From positions 134,198 to 198,197 of the forward strand of contig CAZIDK010000001.1 of the NCBI GenBank assembly GCA_964537895.1: a stretch of 64,000 nt of DNA, given 5' to 3'. The notes beneath the pieces were generated by a model. That model had not been told where the DNA came from. It made no database searches and saw nothing but the letters and a program-made list of their open reading frames with translations. How positions within the stretch are numbered: the first letter of the stretch is position 1; each line of letters begins with the position of its first letter. Origin of the DNA: an uncultured Gammaproteobacteria bacterium (GTDB taxonomy: Bacteria; Patescibacteriota; Microgenomatia; Levybacterales; UBA12049). This document shows, piece after piece, positions 40,641 to 47,549 of the stretch. Made by a program: the position numbers and the translations under genes.

Positions 40641-41226
40641 AGTTGCTCGTTGCTCGTCCTAACGCTTTCAGTGCCAGTTTTATTTTTTCATCCAATGTTA
40701 GTCCTTGGGTTTTTATTTCCCTAACAGTTTTTTGCGCTTCCCCTACCGAAAATCCGAAATTTTTAAGCGCCTGGACAACTTCGGCATTTTCCAGCAAGTC
40801 CTTGCCTGATAAATCCAAATCTGTGCCCGCTCCCATTTTATTTTTAAGCTCAATTATAATTTTCTGGGCATTTTTTGTGCCTAAGCGCGGAACAGAAGTA
40901 AAAAACGATACGTCTCCTTTAATTATTGCCTCGATTATGTCTTTTCTCTCTCCAAACGAGAAAATATTTAAAGCGGTTTTAGGCCCAATCCCCGAAACCG
41001 TGATTAGTCCTTCAAAAAGTTTTAAGTCTTCAATTTCCAAAAAACCAAAAAGAGCAAGTTCGTCCTCGCGAACATAGGTATAGGTAAAAAGTTTAATTTT
41101 GTCTGCTTTTGAGAGTTTTGAATAAACACTGTCGGAAACTAAAACTTTGTAGCCGACTCCGTTAACATCAACATAAATAAAGGGTCTGTCCAGAAGTTCA
41201 ATGCTGCCTTTGAGGAATCCTATCAT
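40639..41226 (-). CDS. ruvA: Holliday junction DNA helicase RuvA
   Basis: MIGFLKGSIELLDRPFIYVDVNGVGYKV is the OB fold. Tandem HhH motifs (GIGPKTA) and the C-terminal domain III are present. Confidence 0.92.
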   Translation of the reverse strand: MIGFLKGSIELLDRPFIYVDVNGVGYKVLVSDSVYSKLSKADKIKLFTYTYVREDELALFGFLEIEDLKLFEGLITVSGIGPKTALNIFSFGERKDIIEAIIKGDVSFFTSVPRLGTKNAQKIIIELKNKMGAGTDLDLSGKDLLENAEVVQALKNFGFSVGEAQKTVREIKTQGLTLDEKIKLALKALGRATSN

Positions 41227-41231
41227 AGTTT

Positions 41232-41290
41232 TAGTAATTAGCCCTTAGCCTCTAGCCATTAGTTAACTAGTTGCTAGCGGCTAGTTGCTA
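41232..41290. repeat. CTAG-rich intergenic repeat, second copy upstream of ruvA
   Basis: taattagcccttagcctCTAGccattagttaaCTAGttgCTAGcggCTAGttgCTAGttaCTAGc. It is followed at 41330..41370 by a tandem heptamer (atttaag)x5. Confidence 0.7.
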
Positions 41291-41585
41291 GTTACTAGCA
41301 TTAAAAGGATTATAACACAAGCTATAGTAGGACTTTAGATTTAAGATTTAAGATTTAAGATTTAAGAATAAAGAGCGGTCTCTTTTAGTTTGCAATCCAA
41401 CAAAGAACGTTAAGTTTTTGCGATTGAGCGAATCAGGGGAATTCCTCAGATCGCGAAGCGAGATTGAGGAAGGGGTGAAATTACCCGATGAGCGAAAGAG
41501 TAAAAATAGTTCGGCTTGGCTTGCAAAAAGTTTTTGGGCGTCTTTTCCGAAAAAGACGCAAAGAGCGATTGCTTTCACAAAAAAT

Positions 41586-42071
41586 CTATTTAATAGCAGA
41601 GATTTTTCTTGAAAATGCGTGGGTTAAGGCAATTGCCAAAGCGTCGGTTGTGTCGTCGAGTTTTGGAATTTCTTTTAAATTAAGAAGGGTCTTTACCATC
41701 TTCCCAATTTGGTTTTTCTCCGCTCTGCCGTAACCTGTAACCGCAATTTTAACCTGCAAAGGGGTATAAATATAGTTTTTTAGCTTATTTTCTGCCCCTG
41801 CCAAAAGCACCACACCGCGCGCCTGACCGACAACAAAAGCGGTTTTGGCGTTGGTATTAAAAAAGAGCTCTTCAATTGCCATTTCTTCGGGCGAATATTG
41901 CTTAATTAATTTTGAGATCTCTCTATAAATTGCGGAAAGTCGTAATGAAACTTCCGCGGTGCTTGGCGTTTGAATACACCCAAAACCCCTAACTTCCAGC
42001 TTCGAGCCCCTAGCTTCCAAAACGCCCCACCCGCATCTTGCAATTCCCGGATCAATTCCTAATATGACCAT
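41586..42071 (-). CDS. ruvC: crossover junction endodeoxyribonuclease RuvC
   Basis: The start ILGIDPGIARCGWGVLE places the catalytic Asp in IDPG. An RNase-H-like fold with conserved E/D/D residues is present. Confidence 0.9.
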   Translation of the reverse strand: MVILGIDPGIARCGWGVLEARGSKLEVRGFGCIQTPSTAEVSLRLSAIYREISKLIKQYSPEEMAIEELFFNTNAKTAFVVGQARGVVLLAGAENKLKNYIYTPLQVKIAVTGYGRAEKNQIGKMVKTLLNLKEIPKLDDTTDALAIALTHAFSRKISAIK

Positions 42072-42087
42072 TTATCCTGCACCTTTC

Positions 42088-42345
42088 TCAAATATTTAAC
42101 GAGTTTGAAAGTCTCTTATAAATATTTGTAATTCCCTGACCGTAATTTTTTAAGGCCTGCTCTCTTTTCCTTGCGTCTTTTTCAGAAAGATAAGCTTCAT
42201 AATAAACCAGCACTAAAGGCAGTCTGTGTTTGGTTGAAAAGACTTTCACTCCATTATGCAATTTTATTCTGTTCTTCAAATCATTTGTTGAACCGATATA
42301 GCATTTATTATCTTTTTTACTTTTCAAAATGTAGACATATGACAT
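42088..42345 (-). CDS. GIY-YIG nuclease family small protein
   Basis: The internal start MSYVYILKSKKDNKCYIGSTNDLKNRIKLHN gives the GIY-YIG motif (YVYIL...YIGST...R...H). The 64 codons upstream in the ORF track look like spurious read-through. Confidence 0.65.
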   Translation of the reverse strand: MSYVYILKSKKDNKCYIGSTNDLKNRIKLHNGVKVFSTKHRLPLVLVYYEAYLSEKDARKREQALKNYGQGITNIYKRLSNSLNI

Positions 42346-42421
42346 AAAGGTGCAGGATGAACCTATCTTATCACATTCGCATATTGTAATAGAGAGGCTT
42401 TTCCTGTAGAATGGTATCTTA

Positions 42422-43144
42422 ATGAAAAGGTATAAATTGCTTGTCGAAAAAAGAAAAATTCTCGGCAAACAAATTAAAAAATTAAGGAAAGAGGGTATTT
42501 TGCCCGGAAACATCTTTGGCAAAAATATAAAATCCACATCGGTTCAGGTTCCGTTAAAGGAATTTAACGCCGTTTATAAAGAAACTGGAGAAACAGGACT
42601 CGTTGACTTGGAGCTGGATGGAAAAATAATCCCTGTTCTTATTCAAAATCTTCAATCAGACTACAAAAACAATATTTTACACGCCAACTTCTATCAGGTA
42701 AACCTTAAAGAAAAAGTTAAGGCCGCGATACCTTTGGAAATTATAGGAGAACCAACAGCCGTAACCGAAAAACTCGGGCTTTTGATAAATATTTTATCCG
42801 AAGTCGAAGTCGAAGCCTTACCCGAGGATTTGCCTGAAAATATTCAGGTTAACGTTGAGCATTTGGCCGCAGTTGACGATCAAATAACAGTCGCCGACCT
42901 TAAGATACCTACCGGAGTTGAAATTTTAACCGATGCAACGCAGGTTGTGGCAAAGATTGACGAATTAGTCAGTAAAGAAGCTCAAGAATTGGCTGCCGAA
43001 GAAGCCGCAGCTGCCGAAGCGGCCAAAGCGGAAGCCGGAGCGGCTGAAGGTGCCGAAGGCGCACCTGCAGAAGGAGAAACTTCCGCCGAAGGCGAAGGAA
43101 AACCAAGTGAAGAAAAGCCGGCAGATGAAGCTCCTAAAGAATAA
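42422..43144 (+). CDS. rplY: 50S ribosomal protein L25 / general stress protein Ctc form, with Ala/Glu-rich C-terminal extension
   Basis: The N-terminal L25 beta-barrel is RKILGKQIKKLRKEGILPGNIFGKN...LIQNLQ. A C-terminal Ctc domain and an acidic AEEAAAAEAAKAEAGAAEGAEG tail follow. Confidence 0.8.
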   Translation: MKRYKLLVEKRKILGKQIKKLRKEGILPGNIFGKNIKSTSVQVPLKEFNAVYKETGETGLVDLELDGKIIPVLIQNLQSDYKNNILHANFYQVNLKEKVKAAIPLEIIGEPTAVTEKLGLLINILSEVEVEALPEDLPENIQVNVEHLAAVDDQITVADLKIPTGVEILTDATQVVAKIDELVSKEAQELAAEEAAAAEAAKAEAGAAEGAEGAPAEGETSAEGEGKPSEEKPADEAPKE

Positions 43145-43603
43145 CTACTTATTGCCTAATTCTTTCTGCAGTTTTAACGCTTCCTCGTAGTTTGGGTCAA
43201 TAAATAAAGTTTTTTGCAAATATTGGTTTGCAGATTTAAAATTCCCCAACTGAAACTCTCTAGCCGCTATTTGAAAATAAACTTCTTTGTAGTTTTTGTA
43301 TTTATCGGAAAATGATTTCCAAATGTTTATTTCGTGGATTAATTTCTGCCGTTGAACTTGAATTTGTTGATTTTTGCTGTAATTTCTATATAGATCAACT
43401 GCGGTAAATAATATTAATGCCACAACTGCCGTAAAAATAAAAACAATTGTCATTTTTTTCAGAATTTGTAAAATACGGACGAATTCAGGACTTTCGGTAA
43501 TTCTTCGGTAAATCCTCGGGGATTGTAGCTTCCTAACCGCTGATTTAAACCTTGCCTGTTTCCTAATTTGTTTTGAGGATTTTTTTATATTCTTGAACTT
43601 CAT
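43145..43603 (-). CDS. membrane-anchored TPR-like protein
   Basis: 152 aa. A basic N-terminus is followed by a TM helix (IVFIFTAVVALILFTAV) and then a TPR-like helical repeat (AAREFQLGNFKSANQYLQKTLFIDPNYEEA). Confidence 0.45.
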   Translation of the reverse strand: MKFKNIKKSSKQIRKQARFKSAVRKLQSPRIYRRITESPEFVRILQILKKMTIVFIFTAVVALILFTAVDLYRNYSKNQQIQVQRQKLIHEINIWKSFSDKYKNYKEVYFQIAAREFQLGNFKSANQYLQKTLFIDPNYEEALKLQKELGNK

Positions 43604-45762
43604 GCGCTTTTAGCCGGCCATTTTGAAACTATAAGGCTCTCCCCTTTCCCAAACAGAACTTGGTTTATCTCCTCCGTAACAAAAGGCATGAAGGGATGCA
43701 GTAGCCTTAGGAGAATTAAGAATAAAGAATTAAGAATTAAGAATGAATTCTCGTCGATCCTATTCTTAACATCCTCAATATACACGTCTGCGAATTCATG
43801 CCAGGCAAAATTATAAAGGTTTTGCGCCGCATGATTAAAATCATATTTCTCCAAAAGCCTGGTAACTTCCGCTGTTAATTTTTCGACTTTTTGAAGCATT
43901 TCCGCATCCTTCTCATTTTTAACAATTTTTTCCAGTTCTTTCAAGGATTTTTGATTTTTGTCCTGAGCTTGGGCTTCGACTGAGCTCAGCCGAATGTCCC
44001 GAATGGATGATTTTTGATTTCGATTCATATCAATGAATCGTGCCATATTCCAAAGCTTATTGGTAAAATTGCGCATTGCTTGTAATTTTGAAAAGGACAA
44101 TGCTTGATCATTTCCCAAGGCTGTTCCGTAAACCAAAGCAAAACGCACCGCGTCTGCGCCATATGTATCAAGAAGTTCCAAGGGATTTATTGCATTACCC
44201 TTGCTTTTACTCATTTTCTTGCCCAAAGGGTCGTTTACCAGGCCGTGCAGGACAATAGTCTCAAAAGGCACTTTTTTTGTCTCGTAAATCCCGAGCATTA
44301 CCATCCTGGCTGCCCAAAACCTTAAAATGTCATAACCGGTTTCCATAACAGTGGTTGGATAAAATGTATCATAATCCCCTTCTTTTGCTGTTTGCAAAGT
44401 TGCGAAGGGCCATTGACCAGAGGAAAACCAAGTATCAAAAGCGTCCTCATCTTGCTTCATTTTTCCCGAACATTTCCCGCATTTTTCCCGAACATCCCCA
44501 TCTGTTACTTCCCACTCTCCGCACTTTTCGCACTTAAAAGCGGGTATTCTAATTCCCCACACGATTTGCCTTGAGATATTCCAATCTCTTATATTTTCTA
44601 AAAATTGAAAATAAAGTTTTTCCATATTTTTAGGATAAACTTTAATCTTGCCTGATTTTACAATTTCTATTGCCGGCTTTGCCAAAGGCTCCATTTTTAT
44701 AAACCACTGCTCCAGTGGCAAAGGCTCAATTGGATTTTTACATTTATAGCAAAGTCCGATTCTATGGGTATACTTATCATCTATTTTTTCTATTAACCCT
44801 TTTTTTTGCATCTCCTCAACAACCGCTTTTCTTGCCTGCTTTACGTAAAGTCCGGAAAATTTACCTGCTTTTTCATTCATTTTCCCATCCAGTCCAATTA
44901 CCTGAACCATTGGCAAATTATGTCTTTTTGCTACTTCAAAATCGTCAAAATCATGGGCCGGAGTTATTTTTACAACGCCTGTGCCGAATTCCTGATCAAC
45001 CATTTTATCTGCCACGACTTTAATTTTTGCTTTACCCAAAACCGTTTCTATGTCCAATTCTTTTCCAATGTATTTTTGGTAACGTTTGTCATCGGGGTGA
45101 ACAGCAACCGCAGTGTCTCCGAATTTTGTTTCCGGCCTTGTTGTTGCCAAAACCAAAGATCCATATTTTATGTAATAAAGGGGGTTTTGACGTTCTTCGT
45201 AAATTACTTCCAAGTCCGAAAAACTGGTCCCGTCAAAAGTACAGTAATTAACAAGTCTTTCCGCCCTGTAAATTAATCCGTCATCATGTAATTTTTTAAA
45301 AGTTTTATAAACTATTTTTACTATGTCTTTATCAAGCGTGAATTTTCTCCTGCTCCAATCAAGTGAAAAACCAAGACGTCTTAGCTGGTTTTCCATAACA
45401 GGCCTATTGCTTTGCACAAAATCCCAAATCATTTTATACAAAGTTTCCCGGGAATAATCAAAGCGTGACTTCCCTTCGGCTTGTAATTTTTTCTCAAACA
45501 CAAATTGCGTTTCAAAGCCCGCATGATCTGCTCCGGGAAGCCAGAGGGCTTTAAATCCCTGCATTCTTTTAAAACGAATGAGAATGTCTTCCAAAACATA
45601 CATTGCGTGGCCAAAGTGAAGCGGCGCGTTTGCGTTCGGAGGAGGTAAAATTATCGAGTAAGATTTGCCTTTAGGATTTACTTCGGGACTAAAATATCCT
45701 TTTTCTTCCCATTCTTTGTATATTTTTTCTTCAACATTTTTGTGACTATATACCTTATCCAT
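43600..45762 (-). CDS. valS: valine--tRNA ligase (compact form lacking the long C-terminal coiled coil), carrying a 25-aa in-frame repeat-encoded insertion
   Basis: The HIGH motif is PPPNANAPLHFGHA. KMSKSKGN is present. DTWFSSGQWPFATL and the anticodon-binding LLRLLHPFMPFVTEEI are present. Residues NQKSSIRDIRLSSVEAQAQDKNQKS are encoded by the repeat at 43946..44019. Confidence 0.85.
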   Translation of the reverse strand: MDKVYSHKNVEEKIYKEWEEKGYFSPEVNPKGKSYSIILPPPNANAPLHFGHAMYVLEDILIRFKRMQGFKALWLPGADHAGFETQFVFEKKLQAEGKSRFDYSRETLYKMIWDFVQSNRPVMENQLRRLGFSLDWSRRKFTLDKDIVKIVYKTFKKLHDDGLIYRAERLVNYCTFDGTSFSDLEVIYEERQNPLYYIKYGSLVLATTRPETKFGDTAVAVHPDDKRYQKYIGKELDIETVLGKAKIKVVADKMVDQEFGTGVVKITPAHDFDDFEVAKRHNLPMVQVIGLDGKMNEKAGKFSGLYVKQARKAVVEEMQKKGLIEKIDDKYTHRIGLCYKCKNPIEPLPLEQWFIKMEPLAKPAIEIVKSGKIKVYPKNMEKLYFQFLENIRDWNISRQIVWGIRIPAFKCEKCGEWEVTDGDVREKCGKCSGKMKQDEDAFDTWFSSGQWPFATLQTAKEGDYDTFYPTTVMETGYDILRFWAARMVMLGIYETKKVPFETIVLHGLVNDPLGKKMSKSKGNAINPLELLDTYGADAVRFALVYGTALGNDQALSFSKLQAMRNFTNKLWNMARFIDMNRNQKSSIRDIRLSSVEAQAQDKNQKSLKELEKIVKNEKDAEMLQKVEKLTAEVTRLLEKYDFNHAAQNLYNFAWHEFADVYIEDVKNRIDENSFLILNSLFLILLRLLHPFMPFVTEEINQVLFGKGESLIVSKWPAKSA
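43946..44019 (-). repeat. 74-nt insertion-like repeat, copy B (in-frame within valS)
   Basis: Its reverse complement is identical over 74 nt to 18253..18326. It has the same orientation and reading frame relative to its host gene as copy A. Confidence 0.85.
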
Positions 45763-45859
45763 ACACCCTGCACTTTCTTTTTAAAAAAACTTACCTTGCA
45801 ATACTTCTTATTTTATAGCTTTTTCAAGCTAATGGCTAGTGATGAAAGTGCAGGGTAAA

Positions 45860-47161
45860 TTAAACCTCTATTAGTTTATAGCCTCTTGTTTTTATTGTTT
45901 GTATTTCGTAGTTATTGTCCTGGTTTTTTAATTTATTCCGCACCCTTGCAATAAGCTTATCTATCGCCCAATCCGATACACCCAACTCTTCTTCCTCCGG
46001 CCAAATTATTTCGATAATCTGTTCCCTTTCGCAAATCTTATCTTTATTTTCCAAAAGAAAGTTAAACAATAAATTTTCTTTTTTACTGAATTCATTATTT
46101 GCATCTTTCGAGCTTATATTTGTTTCTTTTTGTCTGACAAAATCCGCAAAAAGTTTACTGAAAACATAATTATTTGCGCCTATTGTTTTTATAAACCCGG
46201 TATTCCAAAGATATATTGATTTTCTTTTTTCTTCCGTCAAAATTTTCTCACTATTTGCTATTTTTAACAGTATTTTTTGGGCATTTTTGTCCAAACTTTC
46301 CCAGAGCTCTTCCGACTGAAGGTTAATTCTTTCATCTTTACTAAGGCCTAGGTAAAGTTTTTCTTTTGTTCTTATCGCTTCTTTTTTTTCGTGAAGAAAA
46401 ATAAGCGCCAGCTGAAGATATTGCGTATAACCATCAACCAATTCAAATAAATAATCTTCGAGATATTCAGAAAGAGGAACTCCAAAACGTTTTTTATAAC
46501 TTGTGAATATTGTTTTTACATCTTCTGTTTTTGCAGGGCTAATATAAATGTTTTTAAAAAATACCGTCCAAGAAGTCTTTGGAAAAGCCGAAGGCATAAG
46601 TTTTTTTAAAGGCTGGTAGCTGGTAAAAACAAAAGCAACTTGCTGGTTAGTTGACTTAATCCCTTCTAAATTTGCGAAAAACTCCGGAGTTACCGCGTCT
46701 TTCATTCGGTCAAACCTGACAAAAAAAATGGTTGGTAAATATCCTTGTTCCGTAATCTTTAGAAGCGAAAGACGAACGCTGTCTATTGTAAAAAATAAAT
46801 CCTGAAGCTGAATGCTTTCTAAAAATAAATTTCCGATTTGCTCTTTAATTTTTTCGTCAATTGGGTACTCCTCTACCGAATCTACAATTCTTTTTAAAGT
46901 TAGTGTCCAGAATGGTGCGATTTCGCACTCAACTAAATCATTAAGCTCTATGGGAATGAATAAATGTCTCCTGTAATCCTTTATGTAGGTTCCCGGGATG
47001 TCTTTATTGTTTAAAAAAAAGCGGAGGAAATTACTTATTCCCACCTTTTTCATTCCTATCAAAACAACTGCGTGTCTGTTTTTCAAGTGCTTGCCGAGTT
47101 CTTCCGACTCGTCTTGCCTAAAAGTTAAAGGATAATTTTCTTCTATTATGTTATGCGTCAT
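45860..47161 (-). CDS. regulator-like protein: N-terminal ATPase-like domain (degenerate P-loop) fused to C-terminal OmpR/PhoB-type winged-helix DNA-binding domain
   Basis: The C-terminus ...EREQIIEIIWPEEEELGVSDWAIDKLIARVRNKLKNQDNNYEIQTIKTRGYKLIEV matches trans_reg_C (W...D......R...D..I..LR.KL.......I.TVRG.GY.L). The N-terminus HAVVLIGMKKVGISNF is P-loop-like but lacks the Lys. Confidence 0.5.
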   Translation of the reverse strand: MTHNIIEENYPLTFRQDESEELGKHLKNRHAVVLIGMKKVGISNFLRFFLNNKDIPGTYIKDYRRHLFIPIELNDLVECEIAPFWTLTLKRIVDSVEEYPIDEKIKEQIGNLFLESIQLQDLFFTIDSVRLSLLKITEQGYLPTIFFVRFDRMKDAVTPEFFANLEGIKSTNQQVAFVFTSYQPLKKLMPSAFPKTSWTVFFKNIYISPAKTEDVKTIFTSYKKRFGVPLSEYLEDYLFELVDGYTQYLQLALIFLHEKKEAIRTKEKLYLGLSKDERINLQSEELWESLDKNAQKILLKIANSEKILTEEKRKSIYLWNTGFIKTIGANNYVFSKLFADFVRQKETNISSKDANNEFSKKENLLFNFLLENKDKICEREQIIEIIWPEEEELGVSDWAIDKLIARVRNKLKNQDNNYEIQTIKTRGYKLIEV

Positions 47162-47549
47162 ATTCGTGCCTCTATTGTAATTGCCGAAGGATTATTTAGC
47201 AATAAGGCTGGATGTCAGGTTAATGTCAGACAAAAATCCCCTAACCGTCAAGCCGGGTAAAGATTAGTCATTTATTATGTTGTTATGGCATTAGCTGAAA
47301 GTCCAAGCAACACAGGATACTATCGTGAAATAAGAACCATGGAGGCACGTCAAAGACTTCGAAGTTCGCTACGAAGACCAGAAGGAACTTCAAGTTCTCC
47401 GTTGAGAGTAATCCGACTAGGCAGAGTATCTGTTGATGTCAGTGGACCAACAGATACGCTTTTACCCGAAGGGCAAGATGTGGTCATATCCCGGAGAACC
47501 GTAAGATAAGTTTCCGCCGCATAATCCCTCTTGAAGCAAATAGGAAAAG
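47162..47549. ncRNA. GC-rich non-coding segment, probable structured RNA of unknown identity; strand undetermined
   Basis: It is markedly more GC-rich than the flanking sequence. The only ORF (47285..47509) encodes an implausible Ser/Arg-rich peptide. It contains GCUGAAAGUCCAAGCAACACAGG, which resembles the RNase P P4/CR-I block GAGGAAAGUCC...AGG. Terminal complementarity ggattat (47189-95) with ataatcc (47521-27) encloses about 330 nt. Confidence 0.35.

Noticed and set aside
42088-42537. The full 149-aa ORF for the GIY-YIG gene as given in the ORF track.
   Set aside because: The first 64 codons are hydrophobic low-complexity residues (MDFIFLPKMFPGKIPSFLNFLICL…) with no family match, and they run through the rplY promoter region. 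The conserved GIY-YIG domain begins at the internal Met (42345). Only 42088..42345 was annotated.
43700-43760. aattaagaat-type short tandem repeats near the valS 3' end that looked like a second in-frame insertion.
   Set aside because: Translation (…DENSFLILNSLFLILLRLLHPFMPF…) aligns colinearly with the conserved ValRS anticodon-binding helix preceding LLRLLHPFMPF. There is no extra segment. The repeats are just Leu/Ile/Asn codon repetition.
47162-47549. Possible tmRNA (ssrA) in the GC-rich spacer.
   Set aside because: No tRNA-like 3' end (GGTTCGANTCC…ACCA), no 5' GGGG acceptor half, and no tag reading frame ending in …ALAA-stop could be found on either strand.
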